In this document: in pieces, positions 47,116 to 56,599 of the stretch | Position numbering within the stretch: position 1 is the stretch's first letter | Layout: the number at the start of each line of letters is the position of its first letter | Origin: a virus | Taxonomy: Duplodnaviria > Caudoviricetes | Direction: 5' to 3' (one strand) | Virus record (IMG/VR): IMGVR_UViG_3300028601_000031 | Location: 8,228-72,227 of that record | Length of the DNA: 64,000 nucleotides | Made by a program: the position numbers and the translations under genes | The notes under the pieces: model-generated | Databases searched by the model: none | The model's input: the letters and a program-made list of their open reading frames with translations, nothing else | What the model was told of the DNA's origin: nothing

Positions 47116-48554
47116 ATGAACTACACATTAGCTAAAGACTAATGTGTTTCAGGAATATACCTTCTCTTTAATCGTTTCATTGCTTATGCCATTTAATTCC
47201 GAGAAATTATTTGGTCTTATTTTTGCTCCGCGATCGTTATCAGATGTTCCGTCTGATATATTTAATCTTAATCCTTCTTTTAATATATTTATGGCTGCAT
47301 TAATATCTCTATCTAGTTTAGCACCACATTTATTACATATCCATTTTCTTTGATGAAGTTTTAAGTTTTGATTTATATGACTACATTTATTGCAAGTTTT
47401 AGATGAAGGGAAAAATCTATCTACTTTAATTAATTGTTTATCGTTCCAATCACATTTATAACTTAAAATATCGATGAATCTACCCCAGCTAACGTCAGAA
47501 ATTGATTTAGATAGTTTTCTATTTTTAATCATTCCTTTGATATTTAAATCTTCAATGTAAATAGTATCAAATTCATTAATTAGTTTAAATGTTATTTTAT
47601 GTAACATATCTGATCTAGAATTTGAAATCTTTTCATGGATTCTACAAACTTTTAATCTTTGTTTTTCGTATCTTTTTGATCCCCTTGTTTTTCTTGATAA
47701 ATGTTTTTGATTTAAACTTAATTTTCTTTCATATTTCTTTAAATATCTGATGCCCTTGGTTTTCGAACCATTAGATAGAGATATGAAGTCATTTAAACCT
47801 AAATCCATACCAATATTTTTATTGGTTTTTTTAACTGGTTGATATTCTTTTTCGACTAAAATTGAAACATAATATTTACCAGTTGAGGTCTTTGATATAG
47901 AACATTTTTTAATTAAACCTTCTATATTCCTGTGTTTAACCATTTTAATCCCACCTTTAAACTTTGGTATAATTAAATAGTTATCTTCTACCTTTACACT
48001 CTGTGGTACAGTAAAGGTATTTTTTGTTTTTCTACTTTTAAATCTAGGAAATCCACTTCTTTTTTTAAAAAATGATTGGTATGCTATATCCAAACAATTT
48101 AAACTATATTGTAAGGTCTGTGAATTAATTTCTTTTAACCACTGATAATCAGGATCTTTTTTAAGTTTAGTTAAAAAAGAAGATTGTTGGTTATAAGTTA
48201 TAGATTTTTTATTATTAACGTATTCTTCTTTTCTTTGGTTTAAAAAATGGTTGTATACAAATCTGACACATCCAAAATACCTATTTAAAATATATTGTTG
48301 TTCTTTATCAGGGTTTAACCTGAATTTATATGTATATATTATATTTTTCATCTTTATAGTAATTAATTCCTTTACTATAAATATATATTAAATGAAAAAT
48401 ATCACTTTTTTCCATTTTTACAATTTAAATATCTAACAGATTGATTATTAGTTATTTAAATTTTAAAAATATTTTTAAAAAATTAAATTCAATTGAAATT
48501 TATTGAAATTCATCCCTCTAACTAAAGATTAGATGGTTTTCTTTCAAGGTGAAT
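47116..48554 (-). mobile_element. Non-autonomous IS200/IS605-family (IS1341-like, tnpB-only) element
   Basis: Subterminal hairpins sharing a ctaaaga loop (47123-47147 and about 48515-48536), right end ...TTCAT, TTTAT target motif 5' of the left end, no target-site duplication. Confidence 0.8.
47149..48351 (-). CDS. tnpB: RNA-guided endonuclease TnpB
   Basis: N-terminal YKFRL.P...FGCVRFVYN; RuvC IGMDLG / IEDL / DRDINAA; zinc finger CNKC..CNKC. Confidence 0.95.
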   Translation of the reverse strand: MKNIIYTYKFRLNPDKEQQYILNRYFGCVRFVYNHFLNQRKEEYVNNKKSITYNQQSSFLTKLKKDPDYQWLKEINSQTLQYSLNCLDIAYQSFFKKRSGFPRFKSRKTKNTFTVPQSVKVEDNYLIIPKFKGGIKMVKHRNIEGLIKKCSISKTSTGKYYVSILVEKEYQPVKKTNKNIGMDLGLNDFISLSNGSKTKGIRYLKKYERKLSLNQKHLSRKTRGSKRYEKQRLKVCRIHEKISNSRSDMLHKITFKLINEFDTIYIEDLNIKGMIKNRKLSKSISDVSWGRFIDILSYKCDWNDKQLIKVDRFFPSSKTCNKCSHINQNLKLHQRKWICNKCGAKLDRDINAAINILKEGLRLNISDGTSDNDRGAKIRPNNFSELNGISNETIKEKVYS

Positions 48555-48702
48555 ATAAATATCAAAATATGATAAAATTAAAATAATAGTAAATAATAAA
48601 AATATGTTCGATAAACATACTAATAATACAAGTACTTTATTTTTATCAATATTTTTATTATTAAAATTTGGTATAATAATTGGTATAAACATATTTATTC
48701 TT

Positions 48703-49392
48703 TTAATTTATTATTTTAATTGAATATGATGGTATATTATCATAAGTATAATATGCATCAATATTAGTATATTTTGGATCTTTATATAATTTTATTTTTG
48801 GTAATGATTTAATATTTATTTTTAATTTAACAGGATTAAAATCTTCAACATAATATGATTTATTAGATATGAATGAATTTATATCATCAACACTTTCAAA
48901 TAAGTAAATTCTATCCGGATGATTATCTATCATCTTATTGGATTTCGGTGTTAATCCGATTTGTTTTATTTTATTAATATGTTTTTCATCTGTAACATGA
49001 TATAAAAACAATTTAATACCAGTATCTTCAAAATCAAAATTTTTATTAAATACAATATTTAATTTTTCACTATTCATAAAAATATTAATGTTTAAATTTA
49101 AATATTCTGTTTCATTATTGTCTTTTTTATAAGATGATATATAATAACCAGAAATATTTAATAAACTAATAATATCATTATATAAATTTATATTCTTAAT
49201 AGGTTTAAAATTTATTAAAAATATACCATCTTCAGATTGTATCAAATCATATTCTTCTATTTTATATTTAGTTAAAATATCATTTAATTTTTCTTTGAAT
49301 TTAGAGTATGAAAATGAGTATATTAATCCTTCTTGAATTAAATGTTCATTTTTATTTTCAAATGCCTCTTTAAACTGATTAAAATTTAACAC
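48703..49392 (-). CDS. ADP-ribosyltransferase-fold (Tpt1/ART-like) protein with capsid-targeting-like leader
   Basis: LYHVT...KI...GL.PK....PDRIYL...L.I...LYKDP....YTYDNIP; N-terminal MLNFNQFKE..LIQEG. Confidence 0.6.
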   Translation of the reverse strand: MLNFNQFKEAFENKNEHLIQEGLIYSFSYSKFKEKLNDILTKYKIEEYDLIQSEDGIFLINFKPIKNINLYNDIISLLNISGYYISSYKKDNNETEYLNLNINIFMNSEKLNIVFNKNFDFEDTGIKLFLYHVTDEKHINKIKQIGLTPKSNKMIDNHPDRIYLFESVDDINSFISNKSYYVEDFNPVKLKINIKSLPKIKLYKDPKYTNIDAYYTYDNIPSYSIKIIN

Positions 49393-49412
49393 TTTATATT
49401 TTTATTTTATTC

Positions 49413-49634
49413 TTATATATTAAATTTAAGAGTAGATAGTTCTAACTTATCAATAAACTCATATGAAAATATTTTTTCTTCATAAAATGAATATTGAAAA
49501 TTAGTTGTATCCCACCCATCAGGATCAATTATTTCAATTTTGAATTTATCTTTTACTATATCATACCATTCATTTGATGTCTTTAAACCACTGATATTAG
49601 TAATATCTTCTCTAATATTTTTAAATACTGACAT
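49413..49634 (-). CDS. Hypothetical protein
   Basis: IIDPDGWD motif ORF. Confidence 0.65.
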   Translation of the reverse strand: MSVFKNIREDITNISGLKTSNEWYDIVKDKFKIEIIDPDGWDTTNFQYSFYEEKIFSYEFIDKLELSTLKFNI

Positions 49635-49664
49635 AATTTATAATTTTTAAAAATTTAACATTTA

Positions 49665-49946
49665 TTAATCCTCAAATTTAACTAGTTTATAAATGTAGGT
49701 ATCGTCCTCATTTTTTGCAAACTTATCCATCCATTTTTTAAACCATGATTTTTTAACAATAATTATTTGGTATTTTTCCATATATTCAGACGCAATTTCT
49801 TGATTGATAATACCATCTTTAAATAGTTTATCTATTATCATTTCTTTACAAAGATTTGCATTTTTTGTCATACTATCAATTTCTACTAATACACTGTCTA
49901 TTGTTCCCATATTTTTAATTTTTAATTTTTTCAATAAATTTACCAA
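49665..49946 (-). CDS. Hypothetical protein (true start probably MGTIDS)
   Basis: Operon ORF. Confidence 0.6.
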   Translation of the reverse strand: MVNLLKKLKIKNMGTIDSVLVEIDSMTKNANLCKEMIIDKLFKDGIINQEIASEYMEKYQIIIVKKSWFKKWMDKFAKNEDDTYIYKLVKFED

Positions 49947-50047
49947 TTAATTTTCCAGTGGATGTTATAATCCAAACATATCCAACTATTGCAAGAATAC
50001 CAAACCAAAATTCCATATCGGATAAGAAATTAAAATTTTCCATATCA

Positions 50048-50581
50048 TTAAAGTTTAATAGTTCTAAAGTTATTTAATTCATCTAGTTCATCCCACATAT
50101 CAGAATATAATCCTCTTACTTTTAGTGCATATCTAAAAATAGGATATTCTTCAACGTATACTTTATACATATGATGACCTGACTCTTTTGAGTTTTTGGT
50201 ATTTGCAATTCTATCACATAATTTTACAAAAATAGCAAAATCACTAACCCAAATTTTTGGATATGTTTTAAAGTTTCTTTCCTTTCTATCCCAACCTCTT
50301 TCATTAGATACTCTAAATACGATATCTGCTATTTCTTCATTAAATTTTTCTTTTAATTTTTTAGGTGATGTGTCAGTATCTTCTACGGTATCATGTAACA
50401 TTATGGCACTTAACACAATATCTAATTTATCAGTCGGTAAATAATATGAATATTTTTCACCGTTTTTCAATACATCAAAAAGATGAACAGAATATGATTC
50501 ACTACCATATCTTTGTGATTCTGATGGCAAATCGTGTTTTTTACATGCGTATTCAATAGCTAAATCAATGAAATTGTTCAT
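50048..50581 (-). CDS. HD-domain hydrolase (RelA/SpoT-hydrolase/Mesh1-like)
   Basis: A...H...QRYG..Y..H...V, MLHDTVEDT, VKLCDRIAN; TATCTTTG at 50600-50607. Confidence 0.85.
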   Translation of the reverse strand: MNNFIDLAIEYACKKHDLPSESQRYGSESYSVHLFDVLKNGEKYSYYLPTDKLDIVLSAIMLHDTVEDTDTSPKKLKEKFNEEIADIVFRVSNERGWDRKERNFKTYPKIWVSDFAIFVKLCDRIANTKNSKESGHHMYKVYVEEYPIFRYALKVRGLYSDMWDELDELNNFRTIKL

Positions 50582-50631
50582 ATTTTATTATTTTAAGAAC
50601 AAAGATAATAAATAATAATCAAAATTAAAAA

Positions 50632-50838
50632 TTAATTTAATATTTTTTCATTTAAGTATATTTTTAATATTTCATCACCTGTTAAACCATAACAACTACC
50701 TTTATCTGGATAATATATCATTGTTAAATTAGCCCACCCATGATTACCCATAATATCTTGTATAGGAAGATCATTCCACCAATTTAAAGCAAGTTGTCTA
50801 TATCGGTATAATTTTATTCTACGAATTAATTTTTCCAT
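50632..50838 (-). CDS. Small protein, paralog of 7969..8130
   Basis: ALNWWNDL...YGLTGDEILKIY. Confidence 0.7.
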   Translation of the reverse strand: MEKLIRRIKLYRYRQLALNWWNDLPIQDIMGNHGWANLTMIYYPDKGSCYGLTGDEILKIYLNEKILN

Positions 50839-50839
50839 A

Positions 50840-51112
50840 TTAGATGTTCCTCCAATTTTTATCTAAATTAACAACCCAATCTTCAATTCTTATTGGTTCT
50901 ATATTTGTTTCTTTTAATTTTCTTATTGCTTCTTTTAAAACAATATTCATAAATTCACCAGATTCTTCTAATTGTTGTTCATATAATTTTAATAGTCCTT
51001 CCTTATGGATATTTATTTGTTCATTTCTTTCATCTTTTGATTGTCTTCGAATATTACCCAATTTATTTATGGCATCATTCCAATCACCAAATCTATTTAT
51101 TTTTTTACTCAT
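50840..51112 (-). CDS. Hypothetical protein
   Basis: Operon ORF. Confidence 0.6.
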   Translation of the reverse strand: MSKKINRFGDWNDAINKLGNIRRQSKDERNEQINIHKEGLLKLYEQQLEESGEFMNIVLKEAIRKLKETNIEPIRIEDWVVNLDKNWRNI

Positions 51113-51134
51113 AATGTTTAATTTTCCTATTCAT

Positions 51135-51362
51135 TTATTCAAATTTTATACATATTTCACCACCTTTTAATGGACACCAATCTGGTGTTTCAATCGGTTT
51201 ATCTTTTTTAAAACTATCATATATTTCTAATATATTATCTGTATCTCCCATGGATTTACACAAATTACAATATTCTATTGTATCATGTCCAGTTGCATAA
51301 TCATTATAATTAATTTGTTTAAATGGACAATCTTCGCAACCTTTAATTATAAATTCTGTCAT
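51135..51362 (-). CDS. Small Cys-rich protein
   Basis: CEDCPF...CNLC...TPDWCPL, resembling the N-domain of 22442/23034. Confidence 0.65.
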   Translation of the reverse strand: MTEFIIKGCEDCPFKQINYNDYATGHDTIEYCNLCKSMGDTDNILEIYDSFKKDKPIETPDWCPLKGGEICIKFE

Positions 51363-51365
51363 AAT

Positions 51366-51623
51366 TTAATAATTTTTAATATAAATAAATCTAGGTATAA
51401 AAATATCTAATTCTATTAATCTAGCATATCTAGCATCACATACATTACTAATACTACCTATCATAAATGATTCTTTTTTAATATCAATACCTTTTCCTTG
51501 GAATTTAGATTCAATAGTTAAATATTCATCAGTATCTAAATCTTTAACATAATCTAAATATCCATTATCTTCATTATAGGTAATTTCTATGTTTTTTCCT
51601 AAGTGTTTAAATTTTATTTTCAT
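51366..51623 (-). CDS. Hypothetical protein
   Basis: Operon ORF. Confidence 0.6.
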   Translation of the reverse strand: MKIKFKHLGKNIEITYNEDNGYLDYVKDLDTDEYLTIESKFQGKGIDIKKESFMIGSISNVCDARYARLIELDIFIPRFIYIKNY

Positions 51624-52016
51624 TTATCTTAACATTTTTGGTAAATTATATTTTTCAACTAAATCATATAAATCCCCATATGATACATATATAAATAAAA
51701 AATAATCTACTGTATCCATTAATCTACATCCAATTTCTCCATATTTCCAGCTCTCTTTATATCCACCTTGGGTAAATCTATCAATGACAACATTATGAGT
51801 ATTTAAAGATAATTTTTGTTCAATGAATTCTTCTGCTGTAAATTTATCAGTTCTCTTTCTTTGTATACTAGTTAATTCATCAACATGATGATCATATGAC
51901 AATGACAATGCGTCTCTATATAATTGTTTAAGTGTTTTTTCATCTTTAATAACACCAACATCAAAAAACCCATTCCAATATGATGTTTGTTCATTAAAAT
52001 TATTAATATTTTTCAT
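51624..52016 (-). CDS. Hypothetical protein with MKNINNFNE leader
   Basis: Operon ORF with leader motif. Confidence 0.65.
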   Translation of the reverse strand: MKNINNFNEQTSYWNGFFDVGVIKDEKTLKQLYRDALSLSYDHHVDELTSIQRKRTDKFTAEEFIEQKLSLNTHNVVIDRFTQGGYKESWKYGEIGCRLMDTVDYFLFIYVSYGDLYDLVEKYNLPKMLR

Positions 52017-52255
52017 TTTTTCTTAAATTTAGATTTTGTTTTTAATTCCTTTATTTTTTCATCTCTATCTCTATTTTTAAAATATTCTTTTTCATCAATA
52101 AATAATCGACAAATTTTTTTATCATTAACAATTTCATCATAATATGGACTATTTGGATGTTCACATTTCATACATTGATCACCAAACCACTTATTTAATA
52201 ATAAAGTAGATTCTGTATAATTAGAATATAAACAATCCAAACATGACTTTTCCAT
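52013..52255 (-). CDS. Small Cys-rich protein with RxxKIxxL tag
   Basis: CLDC..CMKC..C; DRDEKIKEL. Confidence 0.65.
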   Translation of the reverse strand: MEKSCLDCLYSNYTESTLLLNKWFGDQCMKCEHPNSPYYDEIVNDKKICRLFIDEKEYFKNRDRDEKIKELKTKSKFKKK

Positions 52256-52278
52256 ACTATTTATATATTAATATTTTT

Positions 52279-52503
52279 TTAATAGTTTAACTCCACTTTA
52301 AATGATACTGGTATATCATCTTTATAATTATCTGTATACGAATAATATTCAAAATGCCTTCCTAATCCTGATGATACAGCAACAGATTCTAACCAAAGAA
52401 GAAATTCTTTTACTTCTTCTTTTGGTAATTCTTTTTGGATATCAATTATTTCTATTTTCAAATTAATTGATTTTTTTAATATTTTACCAATTAGATTTTC
52501 CAT
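52279..52503 (-). CDS. Hypothetical protein
   Basis: Operon ORF. Confidence 0.6.
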   Translation of the reverse strand: MENLIGKILKKSINLKIEIIDIQKELPKEEVKEFLLWLESVAVSSGLGRHFEYYSYTDNYKDDIPVSFKVELNY

Positions 52504-52518
52504 ATTATTAAATTTGTT

Positions 52519-52680
52519 TCAATTATTATCAAAATACCAGTAAGTATCATCTTCATCATCTTTGAAATAGATACCCATTGATTCTAATTCTTCTAACAAT
52601 AAGTCATAATCCTTTTCCGGATGTATCATTCTTTCGTTCAGTCTATTAACTAATTTTTGTAATAATTGTTCCATTTCCAT
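52519..52680 (-). CDS. Small acidic protein (53 aa, not in the ORF track)
   Basis: MEMEQLLQKLVNRLNE...DDTYWYFDNN fills a gap. Confidence 0.55.
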   Translation of the reverse strand: MEMEQLLQKLVNRLNERMIHPEKDYDLLLEELESMGIYFKDDEDDTYWYFDNN

Positions 52681-52708
52681 ATGTTTTATTTTTATCTAAA
52701 TAATTATT

Positions 52709-53062
52709 TTACCTGCTACCAAAAATGTTCCATAAATCAATTGATCTTAAAATGGCTTGTTCACGATCTTTTTCATAAGAACCTCTAAAGTATTCCCATT
52801 TTTGATTTACAGCATAACGCCAATTATCACTACCATTTTCTACCATACTAAGATCAATAATGAGATTTCTTTTTCTAAACCATTCAATAGCTTGTTGCCA
52901 AAGTGGTGCAGCAATTTGGTCTTCTTTATTAAAATGCGAGTTTTTATATCGTCCAGTAATATCAATAAATTCATTTTTACTGTATTGACAGAAACAAGTT
53001 TCATCAAAACCCAATTCTTTAAGTTTCAAAGCTATCTCATATGTAACAAATTCTTTTTCCAT
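52709..53062 (-). CDS. Conserved Bacteroidota-phage-type hypothetical protein
   Basis: EFVTYEIALKLKELGFDE...AAPLWQQAIEWFR. Confidence 0.7.
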   Translation of the reverse strand: MEKEFVTYEIALKLKELGFDETCFCQYSKNEFIDITGRYKNSHFNKEDQIAAPLWQQAIEWFRKRNLIIDLSMVENGSDNWRYAVNQKWEYFRGSYEKDREQAILRSIDLWNIFGSR

Positions 53063-53073
53063 TTTAATTTTAA

Positions 53074-53244
53074 TTACTCATGCTTTGCATTATCTTCTAC
53101 ATCTTTTATAAATTCATTAATAGCTTTATTTAGCTTATCATATTGTTCTTGCTCTGCAACATATGTTTGTAACATACTTATAAGTTCACCCTTTGCTCTT
53201 TCCCAAGCCATTAATCTCATAATTTGTCTATCCTGTGTATTCAT
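53074..53244 (-). CDS. Small protein (56 aa, not in the ORF track)
   Basis: MNTQDRQIMRLMAWERAKGEL... fills a gap. Confidence 0.6.
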   Translation of the reverse strand: MNTQDRQIMRLMAWERAKGELISMLQTYVAEQEQYDKLNKAINEFIKDVEDNAKHE

Positions 53245-53254
53245 AATAAAAATC

Positions 53255-53590
53255 TTATAGTTTATTATAATAATTTTCTACCCAATCTAAAAACGTGCCA
53301 AAAGTATTGAAATAGTAATCTAAATCTAAACACGATCCAACTGATTCTTCAGTCATGTAATCTTCGCCAAATTCTTCAGCAATTTGTTTTACTATTTCAA
53401 CATATTTTGGGTGTACACCAAAATTCTCATTATCTTCTGGTATAAACCCAAGTACAATTTTTATAGACTTATAACAACGTTGTCTAACATCGTGTATTGC
53501 TGTATCTTTTTCCATTTTATGTAGATTTATTAAACATTTTATTATTAAAATATTTTCTGCCTTCTTCTCCGAAAATATAATTAAACCCAT
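53255..53590 (-). CDS. Hypothetical protein (true start probably MEKDTA)
   Basis: Operon ORF. Confidence 0.6.
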   Translation of the reverse strand: MGLIIFSEKKAENILIIKCLINLHKMEKDTAIHDVRQRCYKSIKIVLGFIPEDNENFGVHPKYVEIVKQIAEEFGEDYMTEESVGSCLDLDYYFNTFGTFLDWVENYYNKL

Positions 53591-54185
53591 TTTCTTTTCC
53601 CCATTTAATCATATCTTCTATATATTCTTCTTTATATTCTTCTAATTTTTTAACATCGTTATATAATGATGTTATTTTTGATTTATCATCACCATCTTTA
53701 TATAACGGGTCAATTTCTAATAAACCTAAGTTGTAAATTTCTAAAAATCCAGCTTTTTCTCTAGTTTTAAAAGTTAACCCATATTTACCCTTAATATTAA
53801 AAAGATTAATACCTTCATAATAATGAATATCGGTAAAAACTTTTAGTTCTTCTTCATCTTTATGTTCATCATAGTAATCTTTATCGATGGTTATAAATGA
53901 TTTATCGTTGGTTGCATAATATTCAGTGATTGAATCATTTGAAATAAAGTATCCTTCACTGGTTCCATAGAAACCAGTTATACAATTTTGTATGTACTTT
54001 TTTATCTGATAACCAAATAACATAAAATCTATTTTTCCATCGATTAAAATATAGGAAAGATATTTCTCTATTTTAACAGGTTTATCTGATACTACAGATG
54101 CAAATAATTCAACGGCATTATTAGGCATATCTAAATAATTAGGCATCAACCTCAATTCATAAGTTTTAAATTTTTCTATTTTCAT
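53517..54185 (-). CDS. Hypothetical protein with MKIEKFKTYE leader
   Basis: Long ORF with leader motif. Confidence 0.65.
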   Translation of the reverse strand: MKIEKFKTYELRLMPNYLDMPNNAVELFASVVSDKPVKIEKYLSYILIDGKIDFMLFGYQIKKYIQNCITGFYGTSEGYFISNDSITEYYATNDKSFITIDKDYYDEHKDEEELKVFTDIHYYEGINLFNIKGKYGLTFKTREKAGFLEIYNLGLLEIDPLYKDGDDKSKITSLYNDVKKLEEYKEEYIEDMIKWGKENGFNYIFGEEGRKYFNNKMFNKST

Positions 54186-54336
54186 AATTTTTATTTATTA
54201 ACGGTTTTTAATTCTGAATATTTTTCACATATTTTAAAATGTTTTTTTAAAGTAATTATTAAATCACTGTGATCTGGTTCTATAAATTTTTTTCCACAAC
54301 ATGGACATTTTGTTTTTGCGTAATTAAACCAGCATT

Positions 54337-54816
54337 TCATAATTTTAAAGTTTTAATTATATCATTGATCATTTTATATTCATCGATTTCTTTGTCCATA
54401 TCATCTAAATCTAGATCAGTCCCATTGCCATATGCACAATTTTCTTCTTTATTCCAAGCATTACCATCGGATGGTATGTATGCTCTTAATTTTCCACCAT
54501 CCCAATAAAAAATAAAACATATTGGAAATTCCCAATCACCACCGGCATTCACAAAAAACACATGAAAATCATCTACTAATTTTCTATATCCAACCGGATA
54601 TTTACCATTACAGAATCCTTCATCATCATCAAATTCTGTATAATTTTCAAAATCAAATTGAACTTTCGATAAATCTTTTAGAATTTGTTGTGGTAAATCA
54701 TATGGAAATTCATCATCTTCCATTAATTCTTTTACTTTTAGTAAAAATTCAGTTTTAGTTATTTTTATCATAATTTTAATTTTTAATAAGTTCCAATATT
54801 TTTTTATAAGAATCAC
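54337..54816 (-). CDS. Hypothetical phage protein
   Basis: KVQFDFEN..AGGDWEFP..FIFYWDG..LRAYIP..GN. Confidence 0.7.
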   Translation of the reverse strand: MILIKKYWNLLKIKIMIKITKTEFLLKVKELMEDDEFPYDLPQQILKDLSKVQFDFENYTEFDDDEGFCNGKYPVGYRKLVDDFHVFFVNAGGDWEFPICFIFYWDGGKLRAYIPSDGNAWNKEENCAYGNGTDLDLDDMDKEIDEYKMINDIIKTLKL

Positions 54817-55219
54817 TATTCATAACTTTAATACTATCATCACCGAACATAAATGGGATACTCATTAACCATTTATCATAAATACTATCAATATCATTTA
54901 ATATAATAGTTTTGTGTTTTTCGATATCACTATTATCTAATTTTTTATTAACTGATAAATGAATTGCTAATTTATTGATAAATGAAGTATCAATTTCACC
55001 ATTAATTAATAAATCTTGAATTATAATATCTTTAGTATATGATACTAATTGAGTATAGTGTAATTGATTTACAACTTCATCATATGTTTGAATTGGTACC
55101 GTATTAGTAATTGTTTTTTCTTTTAATGATGCAGATATTATAAAATAAAGAATAGCAATAGCAATACTAATAAAAATTACTAATACAGTAATCGGATAAT
55201 ACATGTTCACATTTTTCAT
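54776..55219 (-). CDS. Membrane-anchored hypothetical protein
   Basis: N-terminal TM segment; TATCTTTG promoter at 55245-55252. Confidence 0.65.
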   Translation of the reverse strand: MKNVNMYYPITVLVIFISIAIAILYFIISASLKEKTITNTVPIQTYDEVVNQLHYTQLVSYTKDIIIQDLLINGEIDTSFINKLAIHLSVNKKLDNSDIEKHKTIILNDIDSIYDKWLMSIPFMFGDDSIKVMNSDSYKKILELIKN

Positions 55220-55261
55220 AATTTAATATTTTTTAATTAAGTTACAAAGATATAAAATATT

Positions 55262-56209
55262 TTACAAAGATCCAAATAATTCTTGACTAATTGATTTCCC
55301 GTTACTAACTCTTTTAATAGCCTTAGCTAACATTTCATCAATTGATAATACTTTTATTTTATTACTTAATCCATGTTTAATTGGAATAGAATCAGTAACA
55401 ATTAATTCTGTTAATTTAGAATTATTAATATTATTATAAGCGTTACCTGATAGTATAGGATGACAAATAAGAGCCCTTACTGATTTTGCACCAGATTCCA
55501 TCAAAAGATCAGCAGCTCTTGAAATAGAACCACCGGAATCGATTATATCATCAATTAAAAAGACATCTTTATCTTGGACATCTCCAATAAGTTTCATAGT
55601 AGAAATAACACCAGGTTTTGATCTTTCTTTATGAATAACCACTAAATCTGTTTGTAATACATTAGAATAACGACTTGCTCTTTTTGTTCCACCTACATCT
55701 GGCGTTGCAATAACCATATTATCAGTATCGAAGTTTTCTTTAATATATGGTATGAATACATAACTAGAACTTAAATGATCAACGGGTATATCAAAAAATC
55801 CTTGAATTTGGTCACAGTGCAAATCGAGTGTAATAATTCTATTAGCACCTGATGTAGTTAATAAATCCGCCATTAATTTTGCTGAAATTGGAACTCTTGG
55901 TTTATCTTTTCTATCTTGTCTAGCATAACCAAAATATGGAATAACTGCTGCTATTCTCTTAGCAGATGCTCTTTTTGCAGCATCTAACATTAAAAATAAT
56001 TCCATCATACTATCATTAGAATTGGTTGATTGTATAATGAAAACATTGTCTTTTCTAATTGATTGATTATAATGAACTAATATTTCACCATCAGTAAATT
56101 TTTTAAGTTCAATATCATTCAAAATTGCTTCCTTATTATTAAAATAGGACTCAACTACCTTTTTAGATAGTTGTGGAATTGATGTACCTGAAAAGATTTT
56201 TATTGCCAT
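55262..56209 (-). CDS. prs: Ribose-phosphate pyrophosphokinase
   Basis: FTDGE, PYFGYARQDRK, DLHCDQIQGFF, PDVGG, DDIIDSGGS. Confidence 0.95.
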   Translation of the reverse strand: MAIKIFSGTSIPQLSKKVVESYFNNKEAILNDIELKKFTDGEILVHYNQSIRKDNVFIIQSTNSNDSMMELFLMLDAAKRASAKRIAAVIPYFGYARQDRKDKPRVPISAKLMADLLTTSGANRIITLDLHCDQIQGFFDIPVDHLSSSYVFIPYIKENFDTDNMVIATPDVGGTKRASRYSNVLQTDLVVIHKERSKPGVISTMKLIGDVQDKDVFLIDDIIDSGGSISRAADLLMESGAKSVRALICHPILSGNAYNNINNSKLTELIVTDSIPIKHGLSNKIKVLSIDEMLAKAIKRVSNGKSISQELFGSL

Positions 56210-56227
56210 ATTTTTATTATTTTAGTT

Positions 56228-56446
56228 TTAAAAAAGATAAATTGGATTCTGTTCGTTTAAATATAATGCAAATATAAATAAAAATTTTGATAAAATAAGT
56301 AAATACCAAAACCTATTTTTTGGTGATGTTCCATTATTTGTATGTTTTTCTTCGTAAGTTATAAAATTAATAATTATACTAATTATTAATAATATTACTA
56401 CCAATCCCTTTAATTCAAATCCTATCATAATATTAAAGTTTAACAA
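56228..56446 (-). CDS. Small membrane protein
   Basis: Two hydrophobic segments. Confidence 0.55.
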   Translation of the reverse strand: MLNFNIMIGFELKGLVVILLIISIIINFITYEEKHTNNGTSPKNRFWYLLILSKFLFIFALYLNEQNPIYLF

Positions 56447-56599
56447 AATCCATATAATATGTTAATAATTCTGATTCGTTTAACCATTTATAATGTCCTT
56501 TGACATCATACATTAATATACCTCCTCTAATTTCAGAATATAATTCGTTTTCCATTTACTACGGAAGATATATAATTATCTAATTTAATGTCCATATTT

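Larger units (their letters stand above)
47023..48692 (-). pseudogene. 76-aa membrane protein gene interrupted by the IS element
   Basis: 48692-48555 (MFIPIII...SYFDIY) joins in frame to 47115-47023 (IVRYIPIWGFGVIGFLIGYFTPKFLRKWRR*). Confidence 0.75.

Noticed and set aside
48352-48554. Group I intron (IStron) in the IS left end that would restore the interrupted gene
   Set aside because: Only about 200 nt of very AT-rich sequence, with no recognisable group I core elements.
55262-56209. Prs as the NARP1 Adps enzyme
   Set aside because: It looks like a canonical class I Prs and has no adjacent Namat/Nampt gene. It cannot be fully excluded without an assay.
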